Shown: positions 39,362 through 47,338 of the stretch, one piece after another
How the letters are laid out: every line of letters begins with the position of its first letter
Position numbering within the stretch: the stretch's first letter is position 1
From: a virus
Reading direction: 5' to 3' (one strand)
Virus record (IMG/VR): IMGVR_UViG_3300013126_000023
Coordinates: 6,862 to 70,861 of that record
Length of the DNA stretch: 64,000 nt
The notes under the pieces: generated by a model
The model's database searches: none
Seen by the model: the letters and a program-made list of their open reading frames with translations, nothing else
What the model was told of the DNA's origin: nothing
Program-made: the position numbers and the translations under genes

Positions 39362-39448
39362 CCAGATAAGGGGCGCCTCACATGGTCGTTTAAGAATCAG
39401 CGCATCCTTTCGGCACTCGCCACTCCCCCATTTTTCGTCTCCCGACGC
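39362..39448 (-). ncRNA. Candidate structured RNA, unassigned
   Basis: GC-rich intergenic stretch with CGTC-GGGA-GACG, TGGC-GAGT-GCCG, GCGC...GCGC and GGGG...CCCC pairings. Confidence 0.35.
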
Positions 39449-39871
39449 TTAAGCTGCGATTTGCTTCAGCTCTTCAATCTCAAGATCCTCGTCCTCAGCT
39501 TTAGGAGTAACTGTAACCTTGGGTTGCTTAACAGCTTTGGTCTCCGCAGGAGCCTTAACCTTGGCTGGCGCCTTAGCAACTTTCGGCGCTTTAGGTGTTG
39601 CCGCAGCTTTCTGTGCAGCAGGGGTACCTGATTTTTTATCCATAGTCTCGGTGATCAATGATTCCCACTGAGTAAACACGCCGCCTAATTGTAACAAATA
39701 TTGGCATGCTTCAGCCTTTGTCATTGCTTTAGGAAGTTGGACAAGTTCTAAAGGATCGTGGCCACCTTTAGCTAGCAACTTAACACGAGATGCTAGATCA
39801 TTAGCAAAACGAACCTTAGTAGAACCATGCTGGGTGGAAACACCTGCAACTGTAAAAAATGAATCTGACAT
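39449..39871 (-). CDS. Hypothetical early protein with Ala/Lys/Pro-rich (histone H1-like) tail
   Basis: FTVAGVS...KVRFAND...L.K.GH..LVQLP..MTK domain, then KAPKVAKAPAKVKAP; GAGGT RBS before MSDS. Confidence 0.65.
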   Translation of the reverse strand: MSDSFFTVAGVSTQHGSTKVRFANDLASRVKLLAKGGHDPLELVQLPKAMTKAEACQYLLQLGGVFTQWESLITETMDKKSGTPAAQKAAATPKAPKVAKAPAKVKAPAETKAVKQPKVTVTPKAEDEDLEIEELKQIAA

Positions 39872-39920
39872 AATAAAGTTACCTCTCATAATTTTTGAAT
39901 TAATTAACTACCATACCATA

Positions 39921-39949
39921 ATTATATAACCGACTGAACAACCTGTCAA
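39921..39949 (-). promoter_or_regulatory. sigma70-type early promoter
   Basis: TTGACA-N17-TATAAT. Confidence 0.85.
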
Positions 39950-40326
39950 GCATTTTGAATAAATTTCTTTACTGCGGTAGAATGCTTGCATGTCTTACGA
40001 TATTGAAAACCAATACAATCACAAGTGACTGAACCATTTCTGGAGATCACTTGATATTGTTTACCAGTTTTCTTGGACTTAACATTGAACATTCTGCTAG
40101 CAGAACGACCCTTTGCCATATCAAAACCAACGATATTTTGTTTGAAAACCATCGACACAGGATGCAATGGATTATCTGTCAAAATACTAACGTAGTCGTC
40201 ATCTAACCATTTAGGGTTAGGAACGACCTGCCCTTTTAGAGTATTCTCAACCCAGCCCTCGTTCTTATAAAGATAAGAATAATAGCGTGTCTTGAGCTCT
40301 ACGAATTGTCCGATTTCTAAGTTCAT
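39946..40326 (-). CDS. SWIM zinc-finger protein
   Basis: Y.V......TCDCIGFQYRKTCKH (CxC...CxH). Confidence 0.8.
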   Translation of the reverse strand: MNLEIGQFVELKTRYYSYLYKNEGWVENTLKGQVVPNPKWLDDDYVSILTDNPLHPVSMVFKQNIVGFDMAKGRSASRMFNVKSKKTGKQYQVISRNGSVTCDCIGFQYRKTCKHSTAVKKFIQNA

Positions 40327-40332
40327 ATCATA

Positions 40333-40361
40333 ATTATAATAGAAAAAGTAACCCGAGTCAA
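40333..40361 (-). promoter_or_regulatory. sigma70-type early promoter overlapping a terminator hairpin
   Basis: TTGACT-N17-TATAAT; the -35 box lies within AACCCGAG-N7-CTCGGGTT-ACTTTTT. Confidence 0.75.
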
Positions 40362-40413
40362 ATGCTCGGGTTCTTGGTGTTGTTCTTTCACAACACTAAG
40401 GAATGCTTAAAAT

Positions 40414-40572
40414 TCAAGCATCCTGGGACTTAGATTCCAACAATCCTTGTTCTTCCATAAACTCTAAGGTGTCCTCTATACCTTTATTATGGCCTTTCTT
40501 GTAACATGCAAAACATGCTAGAAGAAGCAACCCTATTTGAATTAAATCATAAATGTGTATTGTGCTAGGCAT
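40414..40572 (-). CDS. Small membrane-anchored protein
   Basis: MPSTIHIYDLIQIGLLLLACFACY..G...GI; AGGAG RBS. Confidence 0.6.
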   Translation of the reverse strand: MPSTIHIYDLIQIGLLLLACFACYKKGHNKGIEDTLEFMEEQGLLESKSQDA

Positions 40573-40592
40573 ATCTACTCCTATTACGCAGC

Positions 40593-41063
40593 CTACCAAT
40601 CTGAACGTTTTTGTTTTAAATAGTCGTACAGATCATATTCATTTAAGAATTTGGCCACTAAAGAATTCATTAAACCATATGCCTCGATTTCCCATGGTTG
40701 ATCCCAATAAGAAACATCATTGTATTTTACGCCGCGCCAATAAATTTCATGTGAATTTTTATAGTAACGCGGTTTAATTTCTTCCTTAGCCAATTGTTTA
40801 AGATGAACCATTTCATGAGCTAAGGTTTTAAAAATTTCAATTGTTCTTTTGAATCTGTATAGTTCTATAACGAAGCAACGAGGCCGACGTTCATCATATG
40901 AATGTATATATCCTCCTGCAGATAGTTTATCAAAAATAATTATTTCAATCTCAACATATTTCATCATATGTGTAGATAACAAATATTTACCAAATGTAAG
41001 TGCAGCTAGTTTTAAAGTGTTAGTTAATTTTCTATTTTTAGCTCCTCTAACACTTATCCTCAT
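40593..41063 (-). CDS. HExxH metallopeptidase-like protein
   Basis: TLAHEMVHLKQ...YWDQPWEIEA. Confidence 0.75.
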   Translation of the reverse strand: MRISVRGAKNRKLTNTLKLAALTFGKYLLSTHMMKYVEIEIIIFDKLSAGGYIHSYDERRPRCFVIELYRFKRTIEIFKTLAHEMVHLKQLAKEEIKPRYYKNSHEIYWRGVKYNDVSYWDQPWEIEAYGLMNSLVAKFLNEYDLYDYLKQKRSDW

Positions 41064-41065
41064 AA

Positions 41066-41215
41066 TTAATCAGTAAATGCAGGTGGTTCTTCATACAAGA
41101 ACATTTGTTTTGCAGATTTAATAACTTTTGGTTCGTCGTCTACTACTTCCTTCAATAGAAGAACATCATTATCAACCTCTTGCTCTTTTAACATGCTTTC
41201 TTTTTTATTTTCCAT
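41066..41215 (-). CDS. Hypothetical 49-aa acidic protein
   Basis: MENKKESML...PPAFTD with AGGAG RBS; below the ORF-track size cutoff. Confidence 0.6.
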   Translation of the reverse strand: MENKKESMLKEQEVDNDVLLLKEVVDDEPKVIKSAKQMFLYEEPPAFTD

Positions 41216-41223
41216 AGTAGCTC

Positions 41224-42618
41224 CTAAGTTTTGATACCAGAAAAGTCTCTTATTCGTTTAAAGGTATTCCCAAAATTAGTATCTAGATCCTCTGTATTTA
41301 ATTTGATGCCCGAATCGGATAAACCTTTTTGGGCTGATGCTTCCAAATCATATAGTTTCATTTTAGATCTGTCAATACCTACAACGAACTTTTTATTTAT
41401 CGTTGGATCATTGTAACGATTTTTAAGTTGTTTCACTAATATTTGATTCATTTGCTCTAATTCCTCAGTAGATATCAAAGCAAACATAAAATCTACAGTA
41501 GCAGGCAGACCAAATGATTCAGATGTATCTGTCAATTCTACATCAGTATTACCATATCCTCCCCTAGTTGTTTGTGTAGCACTAAGAATCGGAACATTTT
41601 GTTCTACTGCTAACCCCCTCAGTTCTTCTGCAATAGCTTTAATTAGTGTATAGGAATTTATATTGGCGCCTGCCTTAAATCTTGAACTTGCGCAAATATT
41701 CAAATAATCTATAATAATTATATCGGGAGTAAATTGTTTCTTTAACTGCAATTCTTTGAGAAGAGAATTGAAATGCCCAACGTGTGCCCCGGCAGTAGGA
41801 TATTCTTTGATAATTAACTTACCATGCGTTTTGCTTTTTATCTTGTCAATTCTATTATCAAAGATTGATTTAGGTAGTTCTTTCAACTGATCCATAGTAA
41901 TGTTCATTAGATTTGCATCTATTCTCTCAGCAATTCTTTCTTCTGCCATTTCCATAGTAATGTATAAAACATTTTTCCCTTGGCTTATTACGCTACTTGC
42001 AACATGGCACATAAAAAGAGACTTACCTACACCTGTTCCTGCCAATGCAACATTAAGAGTTTTATTAGGCATTCCACCATTTGTAATTTTATTAAAATAA
42101 TCTAAGTCAAAAGATATTCGCGTTTCAACCTTGTGGTAAAAGTCATATCTTTCACTAGCATTCTCAATATAGTCATGGCCAACTCTATCATCAAAACAAA
42201 CACCTAAAGCTTCTTGCAATAAGCTAGGTATACCATCAGTAGATTTAGATTTATCTCTACCATCTATAATAGCAATAGAATTTAGAATTGCATTATATAA
42301 TGCCTTATCTTTGCAAAATTTTTCTGTTTCTTTTTCTAACCATTCCTTATTATGATCTGTCGGCACCAGTTCTTGGATATATGAAACTATATCTTTGTAT
42401 TGATCATCATTAAGATTTTTATCATTTTGTGCAGTAATAATTAAAGTATCAACGGATGGAATATTATTATAGTCTTCTATAAATTTAATTATATATTCAT
42501 AAACACGTCCATCAACAAACTCAGTAAAATAATCCCGCTTTAAAAACGGGATTATCTTTCTCATATAATTTTCATTGTTGACTAGATTCTGTAGTATTAC
42601 TGTCTCTATCTTCGTCAT
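41224..42618 (-). CDS. 41: Replicative DNA helicase (T4 gp41)
   Basis: AGTGVGKS Walker A, YITMEMAE, IKEYPT, IIDYLNI, ATQTTR, SESFGLPATVD, KQLKNRY. Confidence 0.97.
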   Translation of the reverse strand: MTKIETVILQNLVNNENYMRKIIPFLKRDYFTEFVDGRVYEYIIKFIEDYNNIPSVDTLIITAQNDKNLNDDQYKDIVSYIQELVPTDHNKEWLEKETEKFCKDKALYNAILNSIAIIDGRDKSKSTDGIPSLLQEALGVCFDDRVGHDYIENASERYDFYHKVETRISFDLDYFNKITNGGMPNKTLNVALAGTGVGKSLFMCHVASSVISQGKNVLYITMEMAEERIAERIDANLMNITMDQLKELPKSIFDNRIDKIKSKTHGKLIIKEYPTAGAHVGHFNSLLKELQLKKQFTPDIIIIDYLNICASSRFKAGANINSYTLIKAIAEELRGLAVEQNVPILSATQTTRGGYGNTDVELTDTSESFGLPATVDFMFALISTEELEQMNQILVKQLKNRYNDPTINKKFVVGIDRSKMKLYDLEASAQKGLSDSGIKLNTEDLDTNFGNTFKRIRDFSGIKT

Positions 42619-42874
42619 ATAAGTTAATAGCCTTTTCTAAAATATCATTAAGAACTTTTTCCATTACTAGATTAAATTCTTCAGATTTAAATTCTTCTTC
42701 TTGAAGACCTTTTGTTTTATTAATAAAGGCAAAATCTAATGTCATCAATCCCCTTTCGTCGGGGCCCAACTCTACATTGTTAATACTTATGATAGTGTCA
42801 ACAAATTTCCCTTCAACTATTTTTATACCCCATGCTTTATCACTATGATGCCAAGGTTCATACTTCACTAGCAT
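42572..42874 (-). CDS. gp40-like protein
   Basis: Small acidic ORF between uvsX and 41, the position of T4 gene 40. Confidence 0.5.
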   Translation of the reverse strand: MLVKYEPWHHSDKAWGIKIVEGKFVDTIISINNVELGPDERGLMTLDFAFINKTKGLQEEEFKSEEFNLVMEKVLNDILEKAINLYDEDRDSNTTESSQQ

Positions 42875-43916
42875 TTTCAAACTCCTCCGCTAAATCTTTA
42901 TCTGAAAAATTCTTCACCATGTCTGTTCCGGCAATTTTATAACTTGATTCTATATAATCTCGAAACTCTTTGCTAGTTAAAATTGGCATCCAAAATTCTT
43001 TTGTATAAGTATCCTTTTGCCTAAATTTCTTTTCGGATCCTTTATGCGAATACCAACCATTACTCGGTTTAATTACAAACCCACCTTCCATGGCAACATC
43101 CAACAATCCGGACCAGGTACTAATACCACCCTCAAATGAAACCTCAATAGGAATCTTTGATTTTTCTCTAACAAATCTAGATTTTTCAACATTCATAATA
43201 AAATTGAATCCAACAACCTCATTGCCATCTTTTTCTTGTTGGCGCCCGATAATAAAAATGTTGTCTGCAGAATAGTAGATTCCAGTGCCGCCAGACACAA
43301 TCTGTTTTGGAAATAATCCGATTTCAGCATATGTATGATTCACCACAATCATTGGTATATCTTTAATAGTTAGATGTGGGGTAATCATTCTAAATAAAGA
43401 TTTCATTTGCTTAGCACGTGTCATATCAGCAACTGATTTGCCCTCTAGAGCATCTTCAACTTCTTTCTTAGAGGCTAAGTTGCCAACAGAATCAACAACA
43501 ATCATAACATGATCGCCTCGTTCGATATTATTAAGCTGAGACATACTATCAAATTTCAATTGCTCAATATCTGTTATGGGCGTATGAAGAACACGGGCTG
43601 TGTCGATACCGAAGTTATCAAAGTAAGACTGAGGGCTACCAAACTCAGAATCATAAAATAGAACAATAGCATCTTCATATTTGTCTAAATAAGCCTTTGC
43701 GCAAAGTAAAGAAAACGCAGTTTTAAAATGTTTAGATGGACCGGCAAACACTGTTAAACCGGGAGTTAACCCGCCCTCTAAACTACCAGATAATGCCACA
43801 TTCATCATAGGCACTGAAGTTTGTATCATATCCTTTTTAGAAAAGAACTTAGATTTACCGAGTACTTCTGTTTCCTTAATGGTGGAATTCTTTTTTAACT
43901 TATCAATTAAAGACAT
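42858..43916 (-). CDS. uvsX: RecA-like recombinase UvsX
   Basis: AGPSKHFKT, FYDSEFG, DSVGNLASKKE, DMTRAK..KSLFR, VSGGTG. Confidence 0.97.
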   Translation of the reverse strand: MSLIDKLKKNSTIKETEVLGKSKFFSKKDMIQTSVPMMNVALSGSLEGGLTPGLTVFAGPSKHFKTAFSLLCAKAYLDKYEDAIVLFYDSEFGSPQSYFDNFGIDTARVLHTPITDIEQLKFDSMSQLNNIERGDHVMIVVDSVGNLASKKEVEDALEGKSVADMTRAKQMKSLFRMITPHLTIKDIPMIVVNHTYAEIGLFPKQIVSGGTGIYYSADNIFIIGRQQEKDGNEVVGFNFIMNVEKSRFVREKSKIPIEVSFEGGISTWSGLLDVAMEGGFVIKPSNGWYSHKGSEKKFRQKDTYTKEFWMPILTSKEFRDYIESSYKIAGTDMVKNFSDKDLAEEFENASEV

Positions 43917-43925
43917 TTTGTATCC

Positions 43926-44726
43926 TTATAAAATAACCTGCCAAGGTTTTCTAGTTTCTACTGGGCAGATTTTGCCATCATATACTAATCTTTCAGTATT
44001 TCTTATATAATGATGTAAATAAAAACTAGTTTCTTCTGTTGGTAATGTTTCAACAAGACATCTCATAGATGATTCCATTAAATGTATTTGTTTTGCATTT
44101 TGTAAAAGTATACCATAATTAAATATATTTTCGCTAGTATCATTATAAATGATTTTTAGGTCACCTGTCAACTCTTGAATTTTCCTCATATCAAATTTGA
44201 ACCCTCTGCGAGGATCATCCTGTACAAAGGCATAATCCTCATTAGTAGCATTTAATTTATTAAATACTCTAGTTTCTTCTGGAATATCTCGATGATAGTA
44301 TGAGGACATGAATCTATGAGACCAATCTATTTCCATAAATTCATAGTAGTTTCTATGCCCATATGAATATTGATCTTTAAGTTCTGCCCATGATACTTGA
44401 TAATATTTCATATCCTTCGTCACTAGATCATCAAAAGGTTGTCCGGGTAAAACGGTATGACCAAGTAAATACCATGCTGCAGGTTTGATCGCACTTACTA
44501 AATGTCTAATCTGATGATACTCAGAACCCGAATCAATTGGGACTACTTGAATTCTTGAATCGTCTCTAAACATATGTTTGACTGCGGGGGCATAGTGTCT
44601 CCATGCCCCTACATAAACACCATCTAATTCGTGATCTATTAGTAATCGACGTATCATACCATTATATGATATGTGATCCCCTAGCCCTAACATATGTACT
44701 ATGAAACCAATATTTTTCTCACTCAT
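43926..44726 (-). CDS. Putative glycosyltransferase-like protein
   Basis: N-terminal HMLGLGDHI and C-terminal AKQIHLMESS resemble GT-B (GT9-like) motifs. Confidence 0.4.
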   Translation of the reverse strand: MSEKNIGFIVHMLGLGDHISYNGMIRRLLIDHELDGVYVGAWRHYAPAVKHMFRDDSRIQVVPIDSGSEYHQIRHLVSAIKPAAWYLLGHTVLPGQPFDDLVTKDMKYYQVSWAELKDQYSYGHRNYYEFMEIDWSHRFMSSYYHRDIPEETRVFNKLNATNEDYAFVQDDPRRGFKFDMRKIQELTGDLKIIYNDTSENIFNYGILLQNAKQIHLMESSMRCLVETLPTEETSFYLHHYIRNTERLVYDGKICPVETRKPWQVIL

Positions 44727-47218
44727 GCAAATAATCCTTCCAATGTAGCTTTAGGTTTAGCGTTCCACCCTATGCCATTTAATATAGTTGTTAAAGGTTC
44801 AAGAAAGGATTTCTCGAACATGGTTTGATAATCTACGTAAACTTTTAATTTTAATTCTTCAGGGATTGTGGATACAAACGCTATACAATTTTCACCTATG
44901 ATATTAGGTTCTTTTAAGTATAGAAATTTTATCTTGTCTCCCTCTCTAATCAATTCATATTTTTTCTCTAATTTGCCCTGCTTTAGATAATGATTATACA
45001 GTAAGGCACCTCGAACATGCATAGGAGTTCCTTGCCTATAGATATTAGCTCTATCAGAATATTTATCCAAGCCATTAACCGACCTAGGAAATGCGATCTC
45101 CTCAGCTTTTAAATTTTTATATTCTTCTTCAAACTCTCTAATATATTTTTGAATATGTGCCTCGGATTTAGTTAATGCTAAATTTACCGCATGTCTAAGA
45201 GCATCCCTAATCGGTTCAGGAGTAGATGATCTAACTATCTCTAATCCCATTACCTTTAATTTAGGCTCCTTATATTGTACGCCCTCATTATTATAAACAT
45301 TTAGAGCATACCTTTTTTTCGCCACCCAAATGCCTCTGTCGGCAATAACTTCACGTTTAAAATATACTTTTCGTTGAAAGGCGTTGGTATAAGACATGAG
45401 TTGATCGCATGCCTTATTGATTGCAGTTTCTATTTTATCTTGACAAATCTTATCAAGTATTTCTACGATTTTATCCTTAGGTAAATCTTTGTAGAATTTT
45501 TGTACTAAGGGATCCAACGTAATATAACATGCATCAGTGTCAGAATAAAAAGAATACTCATAATCATTAGTACCACAAATCTTATTAAGGTATTCATTTA
45601 AAGCTTTACCGACAGTACGAATAATATATTGTCCTGTAATCGTAATTCCCTCTGCTATCTTATCATCATAGAATCTAAAAAACTCATTGCCCCATGCGCC
45701 AAAGAGGGAATTCAGTTGAATTTTTCTAGCCATCTGAAAATTATTATATTTTGCAATATCTTTTTGATAATTTTTATCCTTAGTGTCCTCATATTTCTTT
45801 TGAGCGGTAATCATTAATTTTTTATATTTCTGTCGATCATCAAATAATTTTTGGACAATTTCCGGGAAAATGCCTTGTTTATTATTTTTAAAGAAATAGC
45901 CATTGCCGGTCATACAATAGTTTTCATCTTGTAAATCATCTAGATTAAATTTCTTATCAATTAATCTAGCAACAGTTACATCTAATGATTTTCCTACCAC
46001 CATTGTTTCTGGAGATAAATTATATTGCATAATGATACTAGGATATAGGCTTGTGGCATCAAACGATACTACCCAATCATATTTTCCTGGAACAGGTTCC
46101 TGTACATATGCGCCTTCAATCGTTCTACCTCTTTTAGTATCATCCCTCTGATGTACGACAATATTTTTGTCCCATAAATGATTCCATAAAATACAATCCC
46201 ATGTTCTAACTGCAGAAAATACATCTACAAAATTACATTTAGCATCATATGCCATCGTTAAAATCAACTCAATTAATTTCATTTTATCTTCAAGTTGATC
46301 TACTAGTTCAACGTCTACTACGTTATATTCTACAAATTTTTGCCAATTGTTCTTATAGAACATTCTAAAAGAATCATACTCTGCATATGATAATTTTTCT
46401 TTACCCAATTCGACCTTAGCAATGTGATCTAATTTATATGATTCTTGAGCGGTATAAGTAAACTTTTTATATAAATCCAAATAGTCTAGTACTGCTATAC
46501 CTGCAATATCAAAAACAATTTCTATATTTTTAAATCTTGTAATTTCACGTTGATTGACAATTCTCCAGGGAGAAAGATCTTTCATAGAATCTTCGCCTAG
46601 TACTTTTTTAATACGATTACAAAGATACGGTATATCAAAAAATTCTATGTTCCAACCTGTAATGATATGTGGATAATCAGAGGAAGTATATTCAATAAAT
46701 TTCTTTAACAAATCATATTCATCTTTACATTTAATAAATTTATGATTGGGTTTTATCTCATCGCAATTTTTACCGCCCCATGAAATTATTTCTTTAGTGT
46801 TGAAATCTTGTATAGTGATAAGTAACAATTCTTCTAAGGGATCATTAACATCAGGAAATCCATATTCTGCAGATGTCTCGATATCTATTGTCCAGATTTT
46901 TATTTTGCTTATATCAAAATCTATTTCACCTGGGAATGATTTTGTAATGTATTGATAAGCAAAATTTGTATTACCAAAAATAGGAAAGTCTTGAACATCC
47001 TTGTATCTTTTTACAAAATCTTTTGCCTCATAAATGGATTCAAACTCTATTCTTTCCAAATTTTCGCCATATAGAGATTTAAAAATGGATTGTTTGGGAG
47101 ATCTTACAAACAAAGAAGGGGAGAAATCTATTTTTTCCTGTACTATTTTACAATTATTGATCCCACGAACCAAAATTTTATTGCCATATTGTAACACATT
47201 AGTATAAAAGCGCATCAA
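44723..47218 (-). CDS. 43: Family B DNA polymerase (T4 gp43)
   Basis: DIET, GWN...FD, YN..DV exonuclease motifs; SFDATSLYPSII, KIQLNSLFG, YSDTD, KKRY polymerase motifs. No intein or intron seen; the start may be the ATG at 47215. Confidence 0.98.
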   Translation of the reverse strand: MMRFYTNVLQYGNKILVRGINNCKIVQEKIDFSPSLFVRSPKQSIFKSLYGENLERIEFESIYEAKDFVKRYKDVQDFPIFGNTNFAYQYITKSFPGEIDFDISKIKIWTIDIETSAEYGFPDVNDPLEELLLITIQDFNTKEIISWGGKNCDEIKPNHKFIKCKDEYDLLKKFIEYTSSDYPHIITGWNIEFFDIPYLCNRIKKVLGEDSMKDLSPWRIVNQREITRFKNIEIVFDIAGIAVLDYLDLYKKFTYTAQESYKLDHIAKVELGKEKLSYAEYDSFRMFYKNNWQKFVEYNVVDVELVDQLEDKMKLIELILTMAYDAKCNFVDVFSAVRTWDCILWNHLWDKNIVVHQRDDTKRGRTIEGAYVQEPVPGKYDWVVSFDATSLYPSIIMQYNLSPETMVVGKSLDVTVARLIDKKFNLDDLQDENYCMTGNGYFFKNNKQGIFPEIVQKLFDDRQKYKKLMITAQKKYEDTKDKNYQKDIAKYNNFQMARKIQLNSLFGAWGNEFFRFYDDKIAEGITITGQYIIRTVGKALNEYLNKICGTNDYEYSFYSDTDACYITLDPLVQKFYKDLPKDKIVEILDKICQDKIETAINKACDQLMSYTNAFQRKVYFKREVIADRGIWVAKKRYALNVYNNEGVQYKEPKLKVMGLEIVRSSTPEPIRDALRHAVNLALTKSEAHIQKYIREFEEEYKNLKAEEIAFPRSVNGLDKYSDRANIYRQGTPMHVRGALLYNHYLKQGKLEKKYELIREGDKIKFLYLKEPNIIGENCIAFVSTIPEELKLKVYVDYQTMFEKSFLEPLTTILNGIGWNAKPKATLEGLFA

Positions 47219-47238
47219 TTTTTCTCCGATTATTCCTC

Positions 47239-47267
47239 ATTATAAATAAATTAGCATAGAGAGTCAA
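47239..47267 (-). promoter_or_regulatory. sigma70-type promoter for gene 43
   Basis: TTGACT-N17-TATAAT. Confidence 0.75.
47241..47248 (+). promoter_or_regulatory. T4-type late promoter for the + strand island
   Basis: TATAAATA about 90 nt upstream of 47339. Confidence 0.55.
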
Positions 47268-47338
47268 TAGATATTGATCAAAAATATAATGAAAGGGTGC
47301 TAAATATTTATATGACATAACAAAAGAAAGGAAGAAAA

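Noticed and set aside
39375-39405. Resemblance of GCGCUGAUU...GCGC to the SAM-II riboswitch
   Set aside because: The downstream conserved elements (UUGCAA before the stem and the 3' GCUAAA tail) are missing; kept only as an unassigned structured RNA.
41224-47218. Introns, inteins or stop-codon reassignment in core replication genes
   Set aside because: gp41, UvsX and gp43 are uninterrupted and of normal length under the standard code.
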